Assembly: GCA_004322425.1 (NCBI GenBank)
Contig: SCVJ01000022.1
Span: 92,064-156,063 of the forward strand
Direction of reading: 5' to 3'
DNA: 64,000 bases
From: Chitinophagaceae bacterium
GTDB taxonomy: Bacteria > Bacteroidota > Bacteroidia > Chitinophagales > Chitinophagaceae
Part shown: in pieces, positions 56,159 to 64,000 of the stretch
Numbering within the stretch: the first letter of the stretch is position 1
Layout of the letters: each line of letters starts with the position of its first letter
Program-made: the position numbers and the translations under genes
The notes under the pieces: model-generated
Seen by the model: only the letters and a program-made list of their open reading frames with translations
The model's database searches: none
What the model was told of the DNA's origin: nothing

Positions 56159-57073
56159 ATGGTTAGGCAACCTGCGTTTTTAAAGAAAGGTGACACTGTT
56201 GGAATTGTTTGTCCTGCTGGATTTATGGCACTAGCAAAAGTAAAATCTTGTATTGACGAATTACAGAATTGGGGTTATCAAGTAAAAATTGGAAAAACGG
56301 TAGGCGGCACCTCAACAAATTATTTTTCAGGAACAGATGATGAGCGACTCAATGATTTGCAACAATTATTGGATGATGACAATGTAAAGGCCATACTTTG
56401 TGCTCGTGGCGGCTATGGGATAAGTAGAATAATTGACAATATTGATTTTACAAAATTTTTGAAGAATCCGAAATGGATTATTGGGTTCAGTGATGTAACA
56501 GTTTTACATTCAAATATTTATCGAAATTATAAAGTAGCAACGCTTCATGCTCCCATGGCGGCCGCTTTTAATGATGGTGAAAGTAAAAATGAATATGTTC
56601 AATCGTTATATCGCGCATTGAGTGGCGAAAAAATGGAATATATAATTCCAAAAAATGAGTTGAATAGAATTGGAACTACTACAGGAATATTGGTTGGTGG
56701 AAATTTGACATTGATGGCGAATTTAATTGGCACCAATTCTGATGTTGACACTAATGGGAAAATTCTTTTTTTGGAAGATGTTGGCGAATATTTATATAAT
56801 ATAGATCGAATGTTTCTACAACTTAAGCGAAGTGGAAAATTAAAAAATTTAGCCGGACTTATTATTGGCGAATTTTCTGATTCGAAAGACACCGTTCAAC
56901 CTTTTGGAAAATCCGTTTATACAATAATAAAAGACAATATTTTGGAGTATAAGTTTCCAGTGTGTTTTGGATTTCCAGTTGGTCATACTAAAAATAATTA
57001 TGCGTTAAAAATTGGCGGTTACTATGAATTGAATATTGACGAAGTTGTTATCCTAAAAGAATTGGAATTATGA
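56159..57073 (+). CDS. ldcA: LD-carboxypeptidase (peptidase S66, muramoyltetrapeptide carboxypeptidase-like)
   Basis: 304 aa. LKKGDTVGIVCPAG, ILCARGGYG, GFSDVTVLH (Ser nucleophile) and GFPVGH. Confidence 0.85.
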   Translation: MVRQPAFLKKGDTVGIVCPAGFMALAKVKSCIDELQNWGYQVKIGKTVGGTSTNYFSGTDDERLNDLQQLLDDDNVKAILCARGGYGISRIIDNIDFTKFLKNPKWIIGFSDVTVLHSNIYRNYKVATLHAPMAAAFNDGESKNEYVQSLYRALSGEKMEYIIPKNELNRIGTTTGILVGGNLTLMANLIGTNSDVDTNGKILFLEDVGEYLYNIDRMFLQLKRSGKLKNLAGLIIGEFSDSKDTVQPFGKSVYTIIKDNILEYKFPVCFGFPVGHTKNNYALKIGGYYELNIDEVVILKELEL

Positions 57074-57618
57074 ACAGAATTATTATTTTGATTTTGTTCC
57101 TTATTCTTATTGGAACAGAAATTTTTGCACAAAAAAATAGAATTGAAAATAAACAGAGCAATGTAAATCTTGTTTTATCCGCTCGAAAAGCTAGCAGGAT
57201 AAATTATTTTCATAAAGGGATGACAGTTCAAATTGTTTTTTCAGATAGTTTGAATGTAGAAAAAAAGGTAAAGGGATATATCACCAATCTAAACAAGAAT
57301 TCAATTGAAATAAGCTCATTTAAAGGAATGGACACTTCAGTGTCTTGGATTAATGCGAGCGAGATTAAAAAAGTAAAAAAAATAGCAAGAGCTGAAAGAC
57401 AAAAAGTTGGATGGGCTGCGGCTGGGACTGTGGCGTATTCAGGATTTATGTATGCAATTATGAAAAAACCATCGGGGCCGTATAGCTATATTGTCTTCAT
57501 CCCTGCTTTTGCAACAGCCTATATTCTTATGTATTATTATCCTGCTACTTTTTTGTTTGATGAAATTAATGCAAAAAATAAAAATAAAGGATGGGAGTTT
57601 GTAGTTGTTAACTACTAA
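57070..57618 (+). CDS. hypothetical protein: signal peptide, about 100-aa soluble domain, two C-terminal TM segments
   Basis: 182 aa with no recognisable motif. ATGA overlap with the ldcA stop suggests translational coupling. Confidence 0.5.
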   Translation: MNRIIILILFLILIGTEIFAQKNRIENKQSNVNLVLSARKASRINYFHKGMTVQIVFSDSLNVEKKVKGYITNLNKNSIEISSFKGMDTSVSWINASEIKKVKKIARAERQKVGWAAAGTVAYSGFMYAIMKKPSGPYSYIVFIPAFATAYILMYYYPATFLFDEINAKNKNKGWEFVVVNY

Positions 57619-57623
57619 ATAAT

Positions 57624-59579
57624 TTACTGTAATCTTTTCATAGGTAAACGTTGTTTCTCACCAATGATCAGTGAAAATTTTTCAACCGTTACATTGCCTT
57701 GATCGAGCCCAAAGCCTTTTTCTTCTGAAAGACTGATGTCTTTAAGCCAGAAATAAAACCTCATAATTACACGCTCCCAAAAAGGAAGCTCATTATCTTG
57801 GCTAAGATATTTTTCCATTACAATAAATTGAAAATCTCCGGTACTTTTATTCTTTTCACTGATTTCATATTTGGCAGAAATATTAATCTCTCTATTAGCA
57901 GCTAAATCTTCTATTACTTGCTGAAATAAAAAATTGATTCGGGGCTGTCGCCTAAATCCTAACTTAAAATCTACACGGATAATATCGTTTGGAATAATAT
58001 GCTCTACTTTGTAATCACAAGTATAGGGATCATCAACCGTGTCAACGTGCACAAACCAGTAAATATCTGCACGTTTTGGTTTTTTACTCAGTATTGAATA
58101 AATAATTTTATGTTCAATTTCTTTGGGGCTATCGGCACTGGTTAAGTAAACCAAATGGGTTGCATATTTGGGGAAAGATTTGTCGCTGCTGAGTTCCTGA
58201 ATTTTAGAAATATAATTTTCAAGACGTACAAATTCAATATAGCGGTTTTTAATTTTTCTTGCTCTAAACCAAATAAACATTATTAAAAACAAAAGACCTC
58301 CAACAATTAGAGCTACATAACCACCGTGCTTAAATTTTTCAAGATTGGCAATTAAAAAAGCACCTTCAATGGTGAAATAAACTGAGAGGTATAAATAGAT
58401 AAATATTGGTTTTACTCTTTTTAGAACTAAGTAATTGGCGTATAAAATGGAAGTGGCAATCATGCAAAGTGTAATAGCCAACCCATAAGCTGCTTCCATA
58501 TTTGAAGCTTTTTGAAAGTACAAAACAACACCCGAACAACCCAGAAATAGTAATAGGTTTATAGCAGGAACAAACAACTGACCTTTTTCTTCGGAAGGAT
58601 AACGAATTCTAAATTTAGGCCACAGATTTAATCGCATGGCTTCACTAATTAGTGTAAAAGAACCCGAAATCAAAGCTTGACTAGCAATAATTGCAGCAGC
58701 CGCGGCAATTATAATCCCAATAATTCTAAACCATTCTGGCATGATGGCAAAAAATGGATTTTGAAGTGAAGTATTTAAATAGTCGCCATTTTTATTAGCC
58801 AAAAGCCAAGCCCCTTGTCCAACGTAGTTAATAATTAAACAAAGTTTTACAAAGGTCCATGAAACTCTAATATTGTTTCTACCGCAATGACCCAAATCAC
58901 TGTACAAAGCTTCAGCTCCGGTAGTGCAAAGAAATACAGCGCCTAAAATCCAAAATCCTTTTGGATAATTAACAAGCAAATCAATTGCGTAGTAAGGATT
59001 GATGGCCTTAAAAATGTCCCAGTCGTCAAAAAAATGATAAATACCCATGGAGGCCATCATCAAAAACCAAATAAGCATTACTGGGCCAAATAGTGTTCCA
59101 ATAGATGCCGATCCAAATTGTTGTAATAGAAAAATAAAAGCCAAAATTCCCAATACAATAAATACAATTGATTGCTGAGAAATGGTTGCAAATTGAGGAA
59201 TTTGCCTTAACCCTTCAATGGAAGCTGTAATAGAAATTGCAGGTGTTATCATTCCATCTGCAAGTAGAGCCGCTCCACCAATCATTGCTGCAACAACTAA
59301 CCATTTTCTCCTTCTTCGTACTAAAGCAAATAAAGAAAAAATTCCACCCTCACCTCGGTTGTCTGCTTTCAAAGTGAGAATAACGTACTTGACTGTAGTT
59401 TGAATAGTAAGCGTCCAAATAATGGCAGATAAGCTTCCAATTATCAATTGGTCGGTAACCATTTTTGTGCCAACAATGGCATTGAATACATATAAGGGTG
59501 AAGTACCAATGTCGCCAAAAATAATACCCAATGCAACCAGTAAACCTAATGAAGTAACTTTTTTTGTATTGACAGACAT
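57624..59579 (-). CDS. kup: potassium transporter Kup (KUP/HAK/KT family)
   Basis: 651 aa. GDIGTSPLYV, RGEGGIFSL, 12 TM segments and a cytoplasmic C-terminal domain. Confidence 0.93.
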   Translation of the reverse strand: MSVNTKKVTSLGLLVALGIIFGDIGTSPLYVFNAIVGTKMVTDQLIIGSLSAIIWTLTIQTTVKYVILTLKADNRGEGGIFSLFALVRRRRKWLVVAAMIGGAALLADGMITPAISITASIEGLRQIPQFATISQQSIVFIVLGILAFIFLLQQFGSASIGTLFGPVMLIWFLMMASMGIYHFFDDWDIFKAINPYYAIDLLVNYPKGFWILGAVFLCTTGAEALYSDLGHCGRNNIRVSWTFVKLCLIINYVGQGAWLLANKNGDYLNTSLQNPFFAIMPEWFRIIGIIIAAAAAIIASQALISGSFTLISEAMRLNLWPKFRIRYPSEEKGQLFVPAINLLLFLGCSGVVLYFQKASNMEAAYGLAITLCMIATSILYANYLVLKRVKPIFIYLYLSVYFTIEGAFLIANLEKFKHGGYVALIVGGLLFLIMFIWFRARKIKNRYIEFVRLENYISKIQELSSDKSFPKYATHLVYLTSADSPKEIEHKIIYSILSKKPKRADIYWFVHVDTVDDPYTCDYKVEHIIPNDIIRVDFKLGFRRQPRINFLFQQVIEDLAANREINISAKYEISEKNKSTGDFQFIVMEKYLSQDNELPFWERVIMRFYFWLKDISLSEEKGFGLDQGNVTVEKFSLIIGEKQRLPMKRLQ

Positions 59580-59629
59580 ATTAATACCCCGGAGCAGTTT
59601 TCATTTTGACGGGTTCGTAAAACAATTGG

Positions 59630-59637
59630 CAAAAGTA
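59630..59637 (-). promoter_or_regulatory. -7 box TACTTTTG (minus strand) upstream of kup
   Basis: Plus strand caaaagta; exact TAnnTTTG 50 nt before the kup ATG. Confidence 0.4.
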
Positions 59638-59758
59638 ATAGTAGGAAGATTAAAAACAGAATTTTTTTATTCTATTTGTTTAATCGCTAAATTTTTAACA
59701 GTTATTGCTAAGCATTTTTAAAGGCAAATTGTACCTTTAGAAAACAAAGTATATAATT

Positions 59759-61276
59759 ATGTGGCTTTCAAAATTTGTCTTCATCACCTTACTGTCATTG
59801 CTGTTTTGTAATACAGCCTTTTCTCAATACATCGTTTATTCAGAACCTGAAAAAGATGATTCGAGAAAAATGGATTTTGAAATAATTGGAAAATTTGATG
59901 GTAATTTTCTTGTTTATAAAAATGTGCGGGGCAACAACTTTATTTGTGTTTACGATAAAGAGATGAAGCAAATTACTAAAGTTGAACAAAGCTATATGCC
60001 TACTGAGCGCCTCATCAATGTTGACTTTTTCGCGTATTCCAATTTTTCATATATGATTTACCAATATCAAAAAAGGAATGTAGTGTACTGTATGGTCGTT
60101 AAATTGGATGCGATGGGAAAAAATATTGCAGACCCCATGGAATTGGATACAGCCATCATCGGACTTGCTACCAATAATAAAATTTATACCGCTATTACAA
60201 GCGAAGACAAACAAAAAATAATTGTATTTAAGATTAATAGTAAAAACCGCGATAAATTTATTATTAGCACAAAACTATTTGATAATAAATTGGAACGTTT
60301 GCATCAATCCTCGTTATCGATGCCTATGAATGAGTACCGAGATTATTTGGGCGAATTTGTTTTGGATAATGGCGGCAATCTTGCCTTTGTGAAATATTAC
60401 CGTATTTCTAATGAGAGTATTTCTGCTGCATTGATTGTTTCCAAGAAAGCGATGGAAGATTCATTTGTTTATCATTCAGTTCAATTAAATAAAATTTACT
60501 TAGATGAACTTCGACTAAAAGCGGACAATTTTAACAACAGATTTTTGCTTAGTGCATTTTATTATAAACAGAAAAGAGGAGCCATTGAAGGAATTTATTT
60601 TTACGGAGTTAATAAAAACACCGGCGAAAAAACTATGGAAACGCAGTTTCTGTTTGGAGAAGATATTCGAAGGGAAGCGAATAGAGTCAGAAATATCAAA
60701 ATGGCTTTCAATGATTACTTTATTCGGAATTTGATACTAAAAAAAGATGGTGGTTTTATTGTTGACATGGAAGCCTATTATACAAGTTCAAAAGCGAATG
60801 TGTGGGATCGGATGAATTATCTTTACGGATCGCCCTATTCATCTCCGTACGATTATTATTTCTATTCTCCTTACAATAATAGCCGACGTTGGCGCAGTGA
60901 TAGTAAGCAGGCGCTTCGCTATCACGCAGATAATATGGTAATACTTTCGTTTGATAAAAGCGGTGATTTGCTTTGGAGTAATGTAATTAATAAAGAACAG
61001 TTTGACGATGAAGATGATGATAGAATTTCTTACCAGGTTATGAATACAGGGGGACAATTGCATTTTCTTTTTAATCAGTATGAAAAAAGAAATTTGCTGT
61101 TAAATGATTATACACTTTTGCCGAATGGAGAAGTTAATAGAAATAGTACTTTAAAAAATCTCAACTTGGGTCATGAGTTTATGCCGAAATATGGAAAACA
61201 AATAAGTGCGCAACAAATGATTATGCCTTGTATTTTCCGTAATTATATTTGCTTTGCTAAAATTGATTTTAATTAA
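59759..61276 (+). CDS. hypothetical secreted protein (505 aa)
   Basis: Signal peptide MWLSKFVFITLLSLLFCNTAFSQ. Tyr/Asn-rich with beta-rich character and no motif I recognise. Confidence 0.55.
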   Translation: MWLSKFVFITLLSLLFCNTAFSQYIVYSEPEKDDSRKMDFEIIGKFDGNFLVYKNVRGNNFICVYDKEMKQITKVEQSYMPTERLINVDFFAYSNFSYMIYQYQKRNVVYCMVVKLDAMGKNIADPMELDTAIIGLATNNKIYTAITSEDKQKIIVFKINSKNRDKFIISTKLFDNKLERLHQSSLSMPMNEYRDYLGEFVLDNGGNLAFVKYYRISNESISAALIVSKKAMEDSFVYHSVQLNKIYLDELRLKADNFNNRFLLSAFYYKQKRGAIEGIYFYGVNKNTGEKTMETQFLFGEDIRREANRVRNIKMAFNDYFIRNLILKKDGGFIVDMEAYYTSSKANVWDRMNYLYGSPYSSPYDYYFYSPYNNSRRWRSDSKQALRYHADNMVILSFDKSGDLLWSNVINKEQFDDEDDDRISYQVMNTGGQLHFLFNQYEKRNLLLNDYTLLPNGEVNRNSTLKNLNLGHEFMPKYGKQISAQQMIMPCIFRNYICFAKIDFN

Positions 61277-61293
61277 AGTAATTTTTTTCTACT

Positions 61294-62286
61294 GTGATAA
61301 GTTTGCTTAAACTAAAAATCCCCATCAATATTTTTATAGTATTTGTTTTGGGTATAGTGTTAAAAATCCCCATTTTTAGTTCGGCAACAATTCCTATCAC
61401 TTTTGAAACCGACAGTTATTTATTTATTCAATTAGTGGAATTGCTAAAGTATTTATTTTTCGGAAAAGGTTTTATGTTTGCCATTGCCACTTATTTACTT
61501 TTATATAGTCAGGCATTGCAACTCAATAATTTTTTGAGTGAAAAGAGTATCGTGCGCCAATCTGGTTATTTGCCAGCAATGTCTTATATTTTAATATCCT
61601 CGTTAGTACCCGAATGGAATTATTTTTCTGCATCACTACTTTGTAATTCTTTCATTCTATTTATTTTATCCGAAGTTTCCATTATTGGAGAAAGGGGGAA
61701 GAGCAAAACAGCATTTTTCAATGTGGGACTTACTGTGGGCTTAAGTATATTTCTGTATTCGCCAGCACTGATATTAGTACTTTGGTTGTTTTGTGGATTT
61801 ATTATAATGCGATCATTTAAGTTTAATACAGGATTAATTTGTTTGCTTGGCATTGCAACACCCTTTTATTTTTATAGCGTTTATCTTTTTTTAGCGGATC
61901 AATTTTCGTGGCTATTAGTACTGCCTGAGATGAACAGTGCTACTGCTTTTAAAGCACCTTCTGGTTGGCTTATGGGTAGCAGTTTATTACTTGGTGTTCC
62001 ATTTTTGATGGGAGGATTTTTAGTTCGCAATAATTTTAGACAAATGCTAGTATCTGTTCGAAATAATTGGAATTTTTTATTATTGCTATTACTGTTTGCG
62101 TTAGCAATACCATTTCTGAATAGTAACTCTAATATTAACTATCAGTTGTTTTTCTTAATGATTATTCCTGTTTCAACTTTTCACTCTTATGTTTATTTAT
62201 CAACTCCAACGTGGTTTTCCAGTATTTTATTTTGGGGCTCAGTAATTTTTATTTTAACATTCCAATACTATACGGTTCTGTGGTAA
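61294..62286 (+). CDS. hypothetical polytopic membrane protein (about 9-10 TM)
   Basis: 330 aa, hydrophobic throughout. GTG start 17 nt after the upstream stop. No catalytic motif recognised. Confidence 0.5.
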   Translation: MISLLKLKIPINIFIVFVLGIVLKIPIFSSATIPITFETDSYLFIQLVELLKYLFFGKGFMFAIATYLLLYSQALQLNNFLSEKSIVRQSGYLPAMSYILISSLVPEWNYFSASLLCNSFILFILSEVSIIGERGKSKTAFFNVGLTVGLSIFLYSPALILVLWLFCGFIIMRSFKFNTGLICLLGIATPFYFYSVYLFLADQFSWLLVLPEMNSATAFKAPSGWLMGSSLLLGVPFLMGGFLVRNNFRQMLVSVRNNWNFLLLLLLFALAIPFLNSNSNINYQLFFLMIIPVSTFHSYVYLSTPTWFSSILFWGSVIFILTFQYYTVLW

Positions 62287-62314
62287 ATAGGCACAGCACT
62301 TGTAGTCGAAAGCT

Positions 62315-62322
62315 TATCTTTG
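62315..62322 (+). promoter_or_regulatory. -7 box TATCTTTG upstream of purQ
   Basis: Exact TAnnTTTG 22 nt before the purQ ATG. Confidence 0.45.
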
Positions 62323-62344
62323 TATCCATTTTTAATATACTGCC

Positions 62345-63025
62345 ATGAAGTTTGGAGTTGTTGTTTTCCCGGGTTCAAATTGCGATAGAGATATGTACGA
62401 TGCGCTTGCTTTTGATATGAAGCAAGAAGTGATCATGCTTTGGCATAAAGACAAAGATTTAAGTATGTTTTCAACCAAAGACTGTATTATTTTACCGGGA
62501 GGTTTTTCATTTGGTGATTATTTACGTTGCGGTGCCATTGCTCGATTTAGCCCTATGATGCAAACTATCATTGATTTTGCTAAAGATGGAGGAAAAGTTT
62601 TTGGTGTTTGTAATGGATTTCAAATATTGTGTGAATCGCACCTTTTGCCGGGTGCATTATTAAGAAATGAGAGGCAACAATTTGCTTGCCAAAACATTTT
62701 TTTAACAAATAAGGATAGGGAAATTGTAAAAGTGCCGATAGCTCATGGCGAAGGAAGGTATTATGCCGATGAAAATATTTTAAATGAAATGGAAGCCAAT
62801 GATCAAATACTTTTTAAATATTGCGATGAGAATGGGAATGTAACTAAAGCCGCTAATCCTAATGGAGCTATTAAAAATATTGCAGGTATTTGCAATTCTA
62901 CTCGAAATGTATTTGGCATGATGCCACATCCGGAAAGGGCAACTTCAAAAGCTTTGGGAAATATGGATGGAAGAACTATCATTAAAAATTTACTGATGAC
63001 GGAACAATTTGCGAACTCGTTTTAA
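62345..63025 (+). CDS. purQ: phosphoribosylformylglycinamidine synthase subunit PurQ (glutaminase)
   Basis: MKFGVVVFPGSNCDRD, GVCNGFQIL (Cys nucleophile) and MMPHPER. Confidence 0.93.
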   Translation: MKFGVVVFPGSNCDRDMYDALAFDMKQEVIMLWHKDKDLSMFSTKDCIILPGGFSFGDYLRCGAIARFSPMMQTIIDFAKDGGKVFGVCNGFQILCESHLLPGALLRNERQQFACQNIFLTNKDREIVKVPIAHGEGRYYADENILNEMEANDQILFKYCDENGNVTKAANPNGAIKNIAGICNSTRNVFGMMPHPERATSKALGNMDGRTIIKNLLMTEQFANSF

Positions 63026-63059
63026 GTTTCAAAATTTAATTTTGAAAAAAATAGGCATT

Positions 63060-63506
63060 ATGAAAAAAGGATTATTTATTTTATTATTTTTTAGTTCACT
63101 TGTGTCAGAGGCGCAAAATCCAGTAAGTTGGAAGTTTACTGCCAACAAGCAAAAAGAAGGTGTTTATGAAATTCACATGTTGGCAACCATTCAGAAGGGT
63201 TGGCATTTATATTCTCAAAAGCAACCAGAAAATGCCATTGCCATTCCTACACTTTTTAGTATCAATAAAAATCCTTTGTTGATAATGAAGGGGAAAATAA
63301 GAGAAATTGGTAAGCTCGAAATATTTAAAGATAAAAAGCTGGGACTAGCTGCAAACCAATATTCTACTCAGGTTGATTTTATACAAATTGTTAGTTTAAA
63401 AGGGAAAGCGAAAACTAATTTCATGGGGAATGTAGAATTTCAAACTTGCGACGATACTAAATGTTTGCCTCCAAAAATTATTAACTTTAATGTTGTGTTA
63501 GATTAA
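63060..63506 (+). CDS. secreted DsbD N-terminal-domain-like (thiol:disulfide interchange) protein
   Basis: Signal peptide, then NPVSWKF...YEIHMLATIQKGWHLYSQ...VEFQTCDDTKCLPP, the DsbD-alpha-like pattern. Start set to the ATG at 63060. Confidence 0.65.
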   Translation: MKKGLFILLFFSSLVSEAQNPVSWKFTANKQKEGVYEIHMLATIQKGWHLYSQKQPENAIAIPTLFSINKNPLLIMKGKIREIGKLEIFKDKKLGLAANQYSTQVDFIQIVSLKGKAKTNFMGNVEFQTCDDTKCLPPKIINFNVVLD

Positions 63507-63563
63507 TGAAACCAGCATCAATACTGGCAAAGAATATAAAGGACCTCCTTTAAATATAATTTA

Positions 63564-64000
63564 ATGTACAGAGAACATTTTAAAAAATTCCTACTTACTT
63601 TATTCATTTTGATCCCTTTTTTTTCAATTTCTCAAAATATAGATTACGGTTGGAAAGTTAGCAGTAGAAAAATTGAAGAAGGAAAATTTGAATTAATATT
63701 TTCTACAAAAGGGGTTAGTGGATTTCAGCTTTATGCACCCAATCAAATTATTGAAGATGTACGAATGGCTGAATTGGTTTTTAGCGATTCTTCCATTTTA
63801 ATTTTGGGTAATTTTATTGAGTCGGGTGAAAAGGAAACTATTCAAAATAAAATATTTATTGGAGAATCTATTGAAGTTTATGAGCAATTTACTTCTTGGA
63901 AAATTGCAATTCAAATTAATGGAGTAATTCCCGCAAATGTTCAGGGTGTTTTGAATTATTATTATGGAAATCAAGAAGAATTTAATTTAGGAACTCCTTT
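63564..64000 (+). CDS. second DsbD-N-like secreted protein, 3' end outside the window (possibly the N-terminus of a full DsbD-type reductase)
   Basis: My own translation from the ATG at 63564 (MYREHFKKFLLTLFILIPFFSISQNIDYGWKVSSRKIEEGKFELIFSTKG...) is open to the window end. Absent from the ORF track because no stop is reached. Confidence 0.5.
   Translation, partial: MYREHFKKFLLTLFILIPFFSISQNIDYGWKVSSRKIEEGKFELIFSTKGVSGFQLYAPNQIIEDVRMAELVFSDSSILILGNFIESGEKETIQNKIFIGESIEVYEQFTSWKIAIQINGVIPANVQGVLNYYYGNQEEFNLGTP

Noticed and set aside
59580-59629. Predicted kup 5' UTR (about 40-45 nt downstream of the predicted start site), examined for a c-di-AMP (ydaO/kimA-type) riboswitch or a start-codon-sequestering hairpin.
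   Set aside because: It is far too short for that riboswitch class. Only a 4-bp ACCC/GGGT pairing is available, and there are no conserved riboswitch motifs.
63506-63564. AAAGGACCTCCTTT hairpin after the first DsbD-like gene, considered as a terminator.
   Set aside because: The stem is only 5-6 bp with a 2-4 nt loop, and it is followed by AAATATAA rather than a T tract.

Overview
The window is a low-GC (roughly one-third G+C by eye), gene-dense chromosomal segment. Gene content and signals point to Bacteroidota: T9SS sorting domains, a PorP/SprF gene, recurrent TAnnTTTG -7 promoter boxes, and a dcw cluster without murF/ddl. I cannot place it more finely from sequence alone. Almost everything is core housekeeping:
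- a complete dcw cluster (mraZ-rsmH-ftsL-ftsI-murE-mraY-murD-ftsW-murG-murC-ftsQ-ftsA-ftsZ, 34.5-50.6 kb);
- ATP synthase atpG alone and atpD-atpC about 27 kb away;
- grpE-dnaJ, dnaX, recG, metG, queA, lysA, hpt, purQ and kup;
- 2-oxoacid dehydrogenase E1 (partial) and E2, a FadN-type fusion enzyme, and tryptophanase plus gamma-glutamyltransferase.

By eye I found no rRNA, tRNA, CRISPR array, transposase, integrase or recognisable defence system, and I see no convincing new multi-gene system.

The observations most worth follow-up are small regulatory or recoding signals:
1. An A10 slippery run in dnaX at the domain III boundary, with immediate stops in both alternative frames and a downstream hairpin. 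This is a candidate route to a gamma subunit.
2. A 12-codon Trp-containing leader ORF between a -7 promoter box and tryptophanase.
3. A 10-bp-phased GTG[G/T] direct-repeat array just upstream of mraZ.
4. A T9SS type-B-CTD giant surface protein abutting its PorP/SprF partner.
5. A cargo-less T9SS CTD mini-protein.
6. A membrane-protein plus mini-XRE module with palindromes over its promoter.
7. A few uncharacterised gene pairs.

Several ORF-track starts are revised. In four of them (LOG, methyltransferase, GNAT-like, membrane protein) a -7 box lies inside the long ORF, and the other starts are moved to better-supported ATGs.
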